Below, one piece after another: positions 1 to 12,800 of a stretch of 64,000 nucleotides of DNA. Made by a program: the position numbers and the translations under genes. Under the pieces are notes generated by a model that saw only the letters and a list, made by a program, of their open reading frames with translations, did no database searches and was not told the origin of the DNA. Position 1 is the first letter of the stretch; each line of letters starts with the position of its first letter. The DNA is taken from the NCBI GenBank assembly GCA_040954595.2, contig CM082582.2, positions 12,024,415-12,088,414 of the forward strand. The letters are read 5' to 3'. Origin of the DNA: Balanoglossus misakiensis (Eukaryota; Animalia; Hemichordata).

Positions 1-701
1 GTTTCTATGAACAAAAGGAGATCAGTGCAACATATTTTGCCAGGATTGAGGACGAAGGATTGCAGATTGAAATGCTCAGGATGTTAGAACTGCCGAGACT
101 CTACAGATTCTTGTATGACAAACCGTTCACCTTGCCAGCCAAACTGGCCGAGGAAATCAACAGGATCAGGGAAGAGCAGAGAACGGGGCTCAAGTTTGAA
201 GTCACCCTTGTCAAGGAACTGAGCAGCAAGTTGCAAGACTGCTTGAAACAGAAAGGCATCAAAGAATTCGAGCTGAAAGATTTACAGACCATTCCTGAAT
301 TGATGGACATCGCAGGAATGCCTTGTAAGGAGTTCCAGACAGAGGGCACATCGGTTGTTGAGGCGTCGGCCAAACAAATCCATTCCGTGTTCAAGAAAAC
401 AGTGGAAGGCATGGAAGAGACCGGACATCTTTTCAGGAAAGAAGGATCGGAGGCTACAATGTTTGCCTTTTGCGATGCCGAAGGCTTGGAAGAGACAGTT
501 TGTGAGATCCTGGTGAGAGACAGCCAAAAACCAGAGTTTGCAGAGAGAGGCTGCCATTATATGCACATAGTAGATTGCCTTCACAAGTCAGAGCAGTTCA
601 GAAAGATCAATATCGCCACTTTGCTTCAGGTGTTGGACAACCTGGAAAGTCAGAGTAGAATTATCAGTTGTACTCAGGAACACTACATAGCATTTTCTTG
701 A
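1..701 (+). CDS. STN1: STN1/OBFC1, CST complex subunit, 3' part (5'-partial; stop TGA 699-701)
   Basis: Open frame from nt 3: FYEQKEISATYFARIEDEGLQIEMLRMLELPRLYRFLYDKPF...SAKQIHSVFKKTVEGMEETGHLFRK...DSQKPEFAERGCHYMHIVDCL...LLQVLDNLESQSRIISCTQEHYIAFS*. It aligns by eye with vertebrate STN1 (RMLELPTIYRKVYDQPF; SKAIHSIFKNAI; DCQKPNHMEKGCHFLHILAC; LQQVLELLEDQSDIVSTMEHYYTAF), i.e. the OB-fold end plus two winged helices. Confidence 0.9.
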   Translation, partial: FYEQKEISATYFARIEDEGLQIEMLRMLELPRLYRFLYDKPFTLPAKLAEEINRIREEQRTGLKFEVTLVKELSSKLQDCLKQKGIKEFELKDLQTIPELMDIAGMPCKEFQTEGTSVVEASAKQIHSVFKKTVEGMEETGHLFRKEGSEATMFAFCDAEGLEETVCEILVRDSQKPEFAERGCHYMHIVDCLHKSEQFRKINIATLLQVLDNLESQSRIISCTQEHYIAFS

Positions 702-928
702 ACTTGAGTCTTGAGATCCTCCAGTGTCATATTGTTTTATTTACTAAAAGACTCTCTATGATTGTATGCTTTCAGCTTTAGAACAACACAATGCTCTGTT
801 GCTTCAACAAAGTTTTTGCCATTTTATATGTACACCGACTTTTCTTTGATTTCAGAACTCTTGGTGGCGCTATTACAACAGTGATGTAAATAACAAAGGC
901 AAACATGTTTTATAGATAATTGCAGTCC

Positions 929-965
929 TTTATTTTTCATTATCAAATCAATATATCAAAATAAA
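929..965. terminator. Opposed AATAAA polyadenylation signals: PNKP (- strand, 929-934) and STN1 (+ strand, 960-965)
   Basis: tttatt at 929-934 and aataaa at 960-965 lie in the 371-nt gap between the two convergent stop codons. Confidence 0.5.
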
Positions 966-1072
966 TTACGCTAGATGGTCAACAATATTCCATATCAGCC
1001 CCTCCCCCCAACGTAATAATGAATCGTTCCTTAAACATGATCTGTTTCTATTTTCATTCTACAAGTTCATTG

Positions 1073-4000
1073 TTACTTTTCAACCAAGAACTGTCTGTAG
1101 AGAACTTCATCCTCCTTGGATTTGAAGCAGGGTACAAAGTTGACTTTTACAATTTCGGTAAATCCTTCAGCCAGGTCGGGTTCTTCAAATTTATTTTTGT
1201 ACGAATGAAGCACCATGTCGGTGATGATGTGGTCTTTGCCAACGCCAGAGAGTTCACGATACTGGAAAGAAAAGAGATTATTGTAATTGATTATACAGAT
1301 TAATATGGGATTCTCTCAGGTCTGAAAATACCTTTAGTCATTAAGATACAATGAAAAGTCGAAATATCAAGATTAATATATTTTCATAAGGTCAGAAGTC
1401 ATCAATGAGTCCAAATGATATCAAAAAGGTCATGATGCCATCAAAAAGGCCAAAGATCAAAAGTTTATTCACTATGGCAAAATAATGCAACCTTATATTC
1501 AAACGAAGTTTTGGAAGATGAAATGCGAGGATTGCAAGTAAACTAGTCTCACTGTGAAAAGATAATGTAAGTCGTTCCAGTCACACTTCTGATTTCAAAA
1601 CTTGATACCGGTACATTGTACTTACTATTTCATTGTGTTTGGCTTGTTTCAGAGTTGTTGAGAACAGAAAACATCTACAGCCAACTTTGGCTTTCTTGGC
1701 ACAGCTGGTGTATCTGGCAATTTTCAAAACATGTAGATTTGGTTTATTAAACTAGCAGATTTAGTGAATAAAGGCATCTTCTAATTGTTGACATATTCCT
1801 GTTATAACCAGACATGTCTGAATTAAACTTTGAACCGACCTACATAGTGGGTCATGAAATCTTCGTTAGAATAAGAATTTAATGGTAGATAGTGTTGTGT
1901 ATGGTAGTGCATTCTGTTGCCATTTCTAAAATCTTTTTCTTTCCCTCCCTCTATTCCACATGGCCCCCTTACCTTTTCCGAGACTCCATATCGGGACTTG
2001 TGTTGTCAATGACAACACTTTTACCCTGACTCAAGGCAGCTTGACACGATGACACACACTTCTGCCATGTACCCATGGTGTCCTGAAATGAGTATTGAAA
2101 ATCAAGTGTAAGCCAAAAACAGGACCTTCATCACATACATCTGTAGTTCACTGATAAATCCATGATGTCTGTTTATCAAAACAGACAACAGGGAAAATAC
2201 CACCAGGTTGCTTTCTAGGACTTACTCTGTTCACATGGACATATCCCTGGGGTAGTAGATACTGCTTGGCAAATGTTGATTTCCCACCTGAAATAACCAA
2301 ATTGTTGATTGTAACCACACAGCAACCAGGGAAATTAATCAGAGTTCCAAACATGGACGGTAGAATATCCAGAACTAAAGACAGTTTTATTAATAAATTA
2401 GGGAAAGTTACACTTCATAAATTGTATTTTGTAATAACCAAGCTTTGATAAAAGATACACTTACATGCCGGATATCCAACAAGCACAATTACCTGTGAAA
2501 AGATGAGAAACATTTGACACTGCAATTTATTGAAACAGCATACATATAGGTTATTTTTCAAGCTGTGTTTGAACAGGAAAGAAATCCCCATATCATCAGC
2601 TCATGTTGCAGAGCACAGCATGCGAAAAGTATTGAATGTCGTTCTACATTCTACGTTTTTGTCTGGAATTTGCCCTATACAAACATATTCCTCTCTGTTG
2701 TAAAATCACCATGGCAAAATTGGCCTCTGAATAAAACCTGGTATTTTACGAGGGTCAAGAAACCATGATGTGAGGTCATATACAAGGGCCATGAGTGCCC
2801 AGTTGGGTTATGGATACTTGTGAGAAGGGAGAGGCAGGGAGAATTATTTTTCCTTACCTCCTGTTCTTGAGATGTGACCTTGGCAGAAGAAGGAACTAAC
2901 AATGGTGTGTTTGCATCTACGGTTCTCTGTAAATGAAATCAAAGCAGTTTTTGTTTTACATGAATGAGGAAACTGATGCTCATTTCTAAGAAAATTGGGA
3001 GTACCTTTGAGTGACGGATTTTCCAGTCTATTCAAGTTCATGAGGTTTTAATTCAAAGCAATACTCACAGGATCAAACTCTGGCATGTCAAATGGTGCCT
3101 TTTTGTAGCCCAGGAAATATTCCTCAGGCGTATGAAATGGCAAACCAGCATTCAATGCAAACTGAAATGTAAGAAGTACAAGATGAATCAATATAATTCA
3201 CTTTAGATTTCACCCCAAAACATTAACTGTTGTGTCATACTTTAATGCTGAGCTGTATTGGTCATTAGGTCATTTTTGTACAGAAAAAATAATTTTAATT
3301 TAACTTAGTGACAGAGGTTCAGCAGGGGAGACACATTTAGGTGCAGATTGTAGTATGGGATGTACTACTTCTACGGGATGTGACCCAGTTTCTGAAGCCT
3401 GTTCACGACAAACAGACACTTGTTGCAGATAAGAGATTGAGACAGGAACCAGTTCTACAAAAAGCGGACAACATGCTTGTTCTTCAAGCTCCAAATTACG
3501 GCATTTGACAGCAAAACTTATTGCCCCTGCACTGCTGACCTATGTCACACAGCCAACAAACCCATTTTTATCATATCCATAAATCATCATGTTGACTTTG
3601 CGTCTAGCCACACTACAAAGCTATTTCATTTGATTATACAATAGTAACAATTTCCTTTCTGATCAATTTTCTAATCCATGGCCATTTATAGTCCAACAAG
3701 AAAAAATATGGGAAAATAACATGGCAGTATTATATGAACTACACTATAGTACACCTTAGTATATAGACAGGTATAGGTAAGAGTTCAGTGACAGGCCACG
3801 GACTACTTAGGGACTGCGTCAATAATTAAAATGAGCACACAACATCTGTAGCCAAGAATTAGTTGATGGTCAACTTGATGATCATTGTTGACAGACAACC
3901 ATATGTACATGTACACCTGGTATTAAATTAACAGCTGTATAGCTGGTAATGTATTAAAAGCGATCTTCGCCGATGTCAACTTAACTCATTTTTGTGTACG

Positions 4001-7000
4001 TGTTCTTTAGAGGATGAACTTTAAACTGACCTTTAGACAGAGCAGAGCAGACCGAAAAACAAAGACTAGTATGACTGCCACTGTACTTGATGCCAGTGGA
4101 TTAGGTTTTCTGATTTACTCACCAATCTATCACTGCAGCTAAAATCTTTCTTTCTCTTTGGTGCCCAATTCACTGGCCTTCCTGCTGCATCTGTAGAATT
4201 ACAGATAAAAGGGCATAATTGACCGCACACGACTCAATATTTTATTTCAACACAGCAGCCATTGAAGAGCCACAAGAACATTCATTTGAGATGGAATGGG
4301 CAAGTTCGAGTTTAGCAAAGGTCCAACTAACCTCCTACGTATATACTGTGAATTTTATCAATGTTGATGCCGTCATTTGCTTTGTTCTGTAAGAAATTCA
4401 ACATCCCTAGCAACGGCTTCCGATAATTGCCACTCCCAGTAGCAACAAACACCTACAACAATACAAATAAAAATCATTACAAACAGCTGGTGATATAACA
4501 TGATTTTTACATGCAAAGACATCTTGAAAGTTAAATCACCCTGAGGATTCTTAGTCTGGTCCCAAAACTACAGGTATCATTTTTGAATGCTAGAACATAT
4601 GAACCTACTTGCACTGGTATTCCCAGCTTCTTGATGAGGTTAGTAGCCTTGGACTTGAACTCATTCACATGCAACTTGCCTCTTTCTATGCCAAGCTGAA
4701 TAAAAGGAAAGTGAATTAAGTTCAAACTCTGACCAATATAGGGGGCACAGTTGTTCCCTTTGGACTTTATTTGAGATATTTCTTATTGGACTGACAGCTT
4801 CCTGTCTTGTTCACGATACTAATAGACAGTGGATTCATGGCTGTGACATTATTTAAAAAGCCCGGACACAGTGGGCCATTTTGATGACCCTTTTGTGACT
4901 TGCATCCTGGTAATCTCATTGGTGTGCTGTCACCTGAAACGGACAGAGTAGGGGCACCTTTGCAGGTCTCTGTTCTATTCATTGATGAGTTATGACAGAA
5001 ACAAAGAACCCACCATCAGTTGAATGGTGCTCTAAAACTGGCCAATCTATTTTTACTCTGTGCGTCTCAGACAGCCGAATTAATTGAACTTTCCCGATAA
5101 CAGTTAAGATATGCCAACAAAATATCCACTGTGAGTACGTAACATGGGCTCTTTATAATAATGATTTAAAACCCGTTAGTACTTCTGCTGTTAATTTCGC
5201 ATTTTACAATCATGTACAAATGCTAACAAGATAATTGTTTCATCCGATACATACCTGATTTGTGAAGAAGACAATCTGTAGAAGAGAAACAAACAGGCTT
5301 AGAGTGGAAGAGAACAATGGAATTCACGATTCAAAAATGTTACCGTTGCCAGGATGAATTAGAATATTGTCACGAAAATGCAGTATGGCAGTTTTTAAAG
5401 AGAAATTCACTGCTGAGCAACGTTGTACATCCTGTCCTGTCAACAGTTTTTCCATCATGAACAATGAATGAACCGTGAATTTTAAATCAACAAACAATCT
5501 GTATTGTGGAAACCACATTTACCTTGTATCCCTGTAACACAAGCTTCTTTAATTTCTTAGGAATTTCAGGATATTGTATTCTGAAACGTCCAGCAAATGG
5601 AATAGAATGGAAGAATTAAGAAATTGGAGAATGAAAATAAAGCATTCTGAAGCAATTTCAATAGAAAAAAATACATGCAGCAACCAGTGCTGGCTAAAAT
5701 GGCCATACGTCTCTTTTATAAGATGAACACAGAATGACTACCACAAGTTCTGAAATTGTAATACATACTTCCAGTCATCAGGTCCAGTGGGGAAAACTCT
5801 GCCTGATTTAGTAGTGATGATTGTACCATCAATGTCAAAGCCAGCTATCTGAAATTCAACAAAATCACCAATTAATACACATAAATGTAAGTTACAAATA
5901 GAATCTCACGTAATTCACACAATCAGGTGTTAATTTTTTCAAAGCCATGCAAAGTCAAACACGATTGAACCTTACCTTGTTACTTGCCTGCACCCCTTCT
6001 TGTGTGAACACAAGCAACTTCCCGTGTTTCTCCCAAGTGGAGTCTCTCGCTGGCTCTCCTCTTTTGACATCCTTCTCATCATGCATGCCTTCACTGCCCA
6101 CACTTTCCACTTTCTGCTGGCCGGACATTTCTCCGTCACCACCTTTGTCTTCTACTCCAGGCTGGGTCTCTGTTGCCGTCTCGTCTTCCAATTTGATCTT
6201 CTTGCGATCAGAGGCACCCCCAGCTTCTGCATTTGTTGCTGATCTTTTAAGTGTTGGCCGACCAAAGTAATCAACCAAGTTTTTCTTTGGTTCCGATTTT
6301 TCTCCTCCAGCTGCTTTCCCAGGGAATGAAGCCTTTTCCTTGGATGGCGACATTTCTACAGATGTTGAGCTCCCCTCTCCGGATGAAGGCTTGTCCTTGG
6401 AGGGACCTTTCACTTCTTCTGTTCTCTTCAACTTTTGAGGAGACATGTACCTGCTCTCAGTATCACCGTACTTCCCCAGTTCAGAGCTGAAATACAGCTT
6501 GTGCTTATAACTCCCAGGGAGAAAACACAAACTATCTCCATGCTGCAGAGATGCTGTGCAGTCTTTGGCCAATTCTTCCTCATCAAGCACACATGGATTT
6601 GCTCCAAGCTACATGTTGATGAAAAGTGAAAGAAGTCAAGTTCAAGATTTCCACTCTGCAATTCAAGGCCACATTTGGGGTGGGGAAATGTAGTTCAAAG
6701 TTTCTCAACAAATTAAATTTATCTTACCCACCTGTTTTACTCTTACTGTCTTCTTCGTAAGATTTGCAAGCAGCTCAACTTTGTACAGTGAAAAAAAAAA
6801 GATAAATAAATAATGAAGAAGAAAATTAGTGAAACGAGATATTAGAAAAGTATGGACAGCTTTATTCATTTTAAAAGTGTGGTGATTATGTGTATAGCAA
6901 TTTTTTATGGGAAACTAATTGATGTGACGTCAGGCCAAGATTTTTGAGCTGGTGATGTAATCTCGAAAATTGCTCTTGATTGTGATTGGTCAATTCATTT

Positions 7001-7413
7001 GTAAACATGCGCAGAGCAGGTGAATGAATGCCGCGCAACCTTTGAGAATCGATGCATGTATGATCCCCAGGGTATCTCCACTGATCACGTTCACCCGGGT
7101 TTATTTTGGGGGATTTTGGCCAAAATGCGATGTGATCGAACGTGAACGTGGTATTGCTGTGAGTTCTACAGACGGGGAAGTGACATGGCTATACGGACTC
7201 CAGCAAAACGTGGTAATGAAACGTTGACGACATATCCGACACTTTTTACTCACTATGTTTTCTTGAACACTTCTTGTCCGAAATTTTGGTGAGCGGTCCA
7301 CGTCCGAGAACAACACTTTCTAAGTGAGGAAGTTCAATCGGATCATGGGTTCCATGGCAACAAACAAGGAAACAACCGTCACCTGGCAACTTCACTCTGC
7401 ATGTACTTGCCAT
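1073..7413 (-). CDS. PNKP: Bifunctional polynucleotide kinase 3'-phosphatase (PNKP), 16 coding exons, 637 aa
   Basis: Exons, all GT-AG and frame-continuous: 7254-7413, 6732-6778, 5976-6608, 5769-5848, 5523-5580, 5255-5275, 4609-4695, 4332-4452, 4123-4190, 3069-3161, 2858-2926, 2465-2492, 2226-2287, 1973-2082, 1626-1713, 1073-1261; total 1914 nt. FHA domain ([19 protein letters not shown]...KQLGANP); HAD phosphatase ([48 protein letters not shown]); kinase P-loop (LVGYPACGKST, VHVNRD, VVIDNT). Confidence 0.96.
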
Positions 7414-7599
7414 TACGAATAGATGCTTCAAACTGATTCTAGCGCGCCAGGGAATCGTATGGAGCCTGGACAGCATGGACCAAGAAGTGAGTTCGATCGC
7501 CGATCGCTGTTTTTACTGTGCCTTAAAGAAGCGCCTGGACCCTAAGCATTGACACACGACTACAGGTAAGCTATGATCTATGCACCAGTTCTCCGTGTT

Positions 7600-7720
7600 G
7601 CGAGGCGAGAACAACGCCCACCCGCCATTTTGAATTTGGTGCCCTCTTGCACAGGTCAACTGAGGTCAACTGAGAGCAACAATTGACCAATCAGAAATCG
7701 GGGCGCTTCTTGACTTTCTG
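7600..7720. promoter_or_regulatory. PNKP core promoter region, possibly shared with the divergent monooxygenase
   Basis: YY1-type AAAATGGCGG on the - strand (ccgccatttt ~7622-7631), perfect AGGTCA-actg-AGGTCA (7653-7668), NF-Y CCAATCAG (~7687-7694) and a GC-box-like ggggcg, about 200-300 bp upstream of the PNKP ATG. Confidence 0.55.
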
Positions 7721-9839
7721 TCAAGTATAAATATTGCTTTTGTCTTTAATTTTTCGCGCAAAAAGTGCAAGCAGGAAAGCTAAATCCAATAATATAGTGG
7801 AAACACTATCCTATATAACTTTTAAGTAGAATTGTATAAATACTTTGGAAAAACACAGTTTGGTAAATGCAGAAAAGGTGCTGAATCGGCACTTTCCCCG
7901 TTATCATATAATAGATAAATCCGTACTATAAAAATACGATGGTGACATTTTATCGCACTTGATCATTATACACAAGACACAATACCGACGTGAAATTGAA
8001 GTGTATTCATTTTCGGTGTTCATTACACGTTGATTATTCGAGCCGGATGTCTGCATAAACGCGGTGGCCGTGACAAAAGGAAGCACTGGTTATACTGTGT
8101 GGAAACTGGTATAGTTTCAATAACCGGATATATGGGTTGGGTGTATGGAAGGGACAGGTGTGGGAAAAGCGTCAGAGAAACTTGTCTTTGGAATACTGCA
8201 ATATTTCTTTGAACTTGTAGTTGTGATCTGGGGTTATATATAAAAGTGGCGGCAACATTCGCCATAAGATATGACAGCCGGACTGCAAAAGTAGCCCGAG
8301 GCACACGACCGTCTTGGGGTTCGCTGGGGTCACCAGCACTATATAGCGTGGACAAAGGGAAAATGTTTGTCTGTGGCTATGGTTACAGATTACCTGCAGC
8401 TAAGCTGTTAACATAACGGCAATAAATATCCATGTTAACCGGACCCTACTTGAGCGATTACTTCTCTTCTTCGAAAACAGCCAGATTTCATCCAGGCCAA
8501 GTTTTTCGTCGAAATATCTATCGTGTTATTACATAATGCTACTATGACTCCTTTTGCTAACAGACTTTTATTGATACGGCATCACGATATTTTGCGAGTT
8601 CCTTTACCTGAAGTAGGAAGGCATAGACATAAAAAAAATCGTTTATATGTCAATTTTGACCCCTAAGACGAAAATTTAGATCAACAATTCGGAAACGGTT
8701 AGGTCAAAACTTCGCTAACTCGCAAAAAGGAGTGTCTCTCAGTTAGAGTATACCTGTCGGTTGTTTTCGCTTGCTCATTGCGACTTAGTCAGCTTTGCTG
8801 CTGATGTGAAATTTCCATCACCACAATGAGCAACATCATATATACTACGTGCAACAGAACACGCCCGTTGCATGGTCAGGTCAGAGGTGTAAACTTGTAT
8901 CAAAATATACAGGGATTACAATTTCGCGTATTAAGTGTTTCCTTGAGACTACCTGTTGCCCAGAAAGGCATTTCTCGGTGAGTACCTAGACCAGGATGTA
9001 GTCAGTGTGAAATCCGGGTCCTCGCGGGTGGAAATCCGGCAACTAACTAATCAATCATTCACACGGTAACGCTGTTGATATGCGAGGAGGGGACTAGAAA
9101 AAGCGCTGTTTCCTCGATCTCCGCCCACATCGCTTTTTGAAGAAGTCCGAGGCAACCACAGCCACATCGTGCGGAGGACTGCAGACTGGATTGCGATTTG
9201 ATGTGCGAACTGAGAGCTTTGAACATCATCATTTGACATTTCATTGTTCGACTGTCCTCTCAAGACGTCGGAAACTGGTAAGTTAATCGTTCTTATTGGT
9301 GTTTTTGAACAAAATTTGACTTTTCGTCAGTGCATTTGCACTTGACATCACTAAACTTGCACTGAATGTCAACTTTGGGTGCGTCATCTATTTCCCTGTA
9401 TGCGCATCTATCATCCTTCAGCGAAACCAGCTTGTCGTCCGGATCCGACAAACCGCACCGTATCGCCGCATAATTGACCAAAAGTATAACACACATCAGA
9501 TCAGTGATTCGGATAAAGTTGTTTACATGTATAGGTATTCGATATCCATGGTGTCTGAAGTACCTCTATGTGATACCTAACCACCATGTATAACAATAGT
9601 GACTATTACGGGGTCCCAGTCGTTTCGCTTTAAGTGGCGATAAAATTGCAACGCGTACCTCTTCGAGGACATGTCACAGGGTTAATAATATATTGCAACC
9701 GCCGACGGGTGCACTGACTGCGACATAGATTTAACTCAGGGAGGATTCCCCAATTGACACCAACCATGACACAAAACATTGTGACGTTTCGTTCTCAAAC
9801 TTCTAGGGTGACTGTAACACACCTGGATTCACAACCAAG

Positions 9840-12800
9840 ATGGACAACGAGGTTGATGTTGCGATCATCGGTGGTGGACCAGTTGGCCTTGTCCTGGCCT
9901 CTTGTTTCGGAAGCCGTGGGATCAGCTGCGTCGTTTTCGACCAACGCGAAACAACAACTGCGCAACCAAAATGTATGGTTACGAACACCAGGTCGATGGA
10001 GCTTTTGCGAACAATAGGTGAGTTGGTATATACATGTAGTGTGTTCTCACCGGTAAAGTGAGGGTGGGGGGGGGGGGGCTATGCGATATTAATCGGGGAG
10101 AGGGTTGGAGTTCCGAACGACAGTTGTGTTTCGGCACGTAGGCTACACAACAGTGTGTTTACTGTTTTCGAAAAAATGGCCTTTGTTATCAAGTAATTTA
10201 TCAGAGGATGATTTAACTTCTTCATTACTATGCCATTCACGGAATTTGCCTGCCTGCTTAGTTATTGCCTGTTTTGGGGTAACCCCGTTTTTGATAGCGG
10301 GTTGGATTAGGGCGCATTCAGTTACTATGAGGGGGTGGGCCGGGGGAAATGGGTGGGGTGTCACACTTCATATGGTGGACCGTCCCCAATTCCCCGGCCC
10401 AACCCTTATAATAACTGAAAACTCCCTTACATTGTACGCGTCAAGGATTTTAACCGGGAAAACCCCTATGATGTATCTTCAGATTGTCAATGATTACATC
10501 CAAGGTCTGTAGGTGGGCATGGTCGGTCATTGCGACCTTTTGCACGCAAACATCCGATATTCGCTCAGCAACTCGAGAGCTTGTAATGATATGACAGAAA
10601 GCACCGCGTGATTTTGCAAACAACCACCCCTTCACACTCTATAGAAACATTACCCATGATTCGATTACAAAACCTAAATCTGTTTTGCTTTTTTATGTAT
10701 ACTAGGAGTTGCAGACAAACTGAGGAACTGCAAGGATGGTACACCGCTGGATTATCCATTCAATATCTGCTGGGGGTTTGAGCCTGCCACCGGTCCTCTC
10801 ATAGCCAAGATGTGTTATCCGTCACTGAAAGAAGTTATGGACGGCCGAGCTGCTCACAGCAAGTTTAGCAACAAAAACTCGGCTGAACTTCCTGTCCGAT
10901 TGTGCCAGATATTTCTGGAACCTCTTTTCAGAGTAAGTCTCTCCCTGTGTCTCTGTTTGTCTGTCTGTCTGTCTGTCTGTCCATCCGTCTGTCTGTCTGT
11001 TTGTCTGTCTCTGTCTTTTTTAATAAAAATCATTTCTTGTGATTCAGGAACACGCAGAGACTTATGAGAAGGTGGAAGTCAAGTTTGGGTATCGTGTTGA
11101 AAACATTCGCCAAACGGAGGACAAAGTCGAAGTGACGGCGGTGAACATCAAAAACGAGAACGAGACAGTGTGTTTCAGAGCCAAGTATGCCTTGGGATGC
11201 GACGGAGCAGGCAGCACCACAAGGAAACTGGTTGGAATCCATCGAGAAGTAAGTTAATCAACATATGAAACGAGACACCTGTCCACGGTTGTGTCCCATC
11301 ACCCATAGGCTGAAGACGACTTTTTGTCTCAACAAATCGTTTTACAAACATTCATTCACACACGGTCCCCCACCCATGACCACAATTTGCTGTTTCGTTC
11401 CAGGGTCAGTACAAAGTGGATTCATACATAGGCATTTTCTTCGAGTCTACTGAACTCGCCGATCTGAGGAAACACGGCAAAGCTGTTCTGAATTTCATCT
11501 TCACGGAGAAGTTCAAAGGTGGTTTGGTATCGCTGGATTCCAGGAAACTGTACACACTGCACATGGGAATAGAGTGAGTCCACTTAGAACATTGATTGGC
11601 CAAAGTCGACCACTTTTGACGTTGTGCTAGTTTCTTATGATATATCATTATGTCTAATAATCCTGCTTACTGAAACATGATGAAATGAAAACAAGTTACA
11701 GAAAAATCCATAGTAAACAATGTCAGTAATATTAACTTTAAAATGGCACTTCATTCCTTATTATTTCCCTACAGCAATACAGACGATGCTCCGGGGCCTG
11801 ATGAAATTATTCGGGCAATGATCGGAACTGATTTCAACTACAAGATATTGGACTACAACGTTTGGAGTGGTCATTTACTCATCGTTGACAAGTTTCAAGT
11901 TGGAAGGGTCTTTGTTGCAGGTTTGTTGAATCACTTCTTTAAAAAAAATATTGATTTATATTGATGCTATTATTGTATATTAGTATTGCTAGAGGATGCT
12001 ATTATGAATGGTGATGATACTTAGATCAACATTATGAATAATTGAATCTGTACCACGTTGATTCAAGGATGAATTAGTCTCGGTTACCCAGACTCCTCTG
12101 CTTCTTCCGTTGCCCTCCAGAAAGAGGCAAACGGAAAAAGCAGTGGAGACTGGGTAACCGAGACTAAGGATGAATGTGAATTCGACCGGCAACCTCAAAG
12201 ACGTAAAGCTTATGCTTTGCAACGTCTTAGTTGATGAACCTTTAACCGTAAATGACTTCATGCTTTATTTACTTAGGCGATGCGGCTCACTTGGTTAACC
12301 CGCTGGGTGCGTTCGGAATGAATTCGGGCCTGGAAGATGCATTCAATCTCGCCTGGAAGATGGACGCCGCGTTGAAGGGATGGGCTGGGAAACTACTGTT
12401 TGACAGTTACGAGGTAAACTGCATTTCTGACCTATGTCGTATATTAGTCATAGTTGGTACTATAGTCTAGTCTAGGCTGAGTTTTGGTGGATGATAATTC
12501 AACGCGGGTTCAGTTTGTGTCTGTCGAAAACCAAATCTTGATGCGCAGATATTTGAAGAGCACCACCAACGACAACGCGTTACAATCGTATTTGTTTTTA
12601 TCGACCCCTCCCCCCTAGGTCGAAAGACGGGAGCACGCGGAAGCTGTACAGGTTGCGGTGCGGAAGAACGTGAAGAACATGAAACAGCTCCGTAGATTGC
12701 CGTTGCATCGTCTTCGCACTCTGTTTAAAGTGTTTCCATGGTTGTCCTCAATTGGCAGCAGCCTGATTCACTTGAAGAAAAAACATCAATTCGAAAGTAC

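Noticed and set aside
1385-1465. Degenerate atcaaaaaggtca repeats in the last PNKP intron
   Set aside because: Only about 3 poorly conserved units, with no evidence of function.
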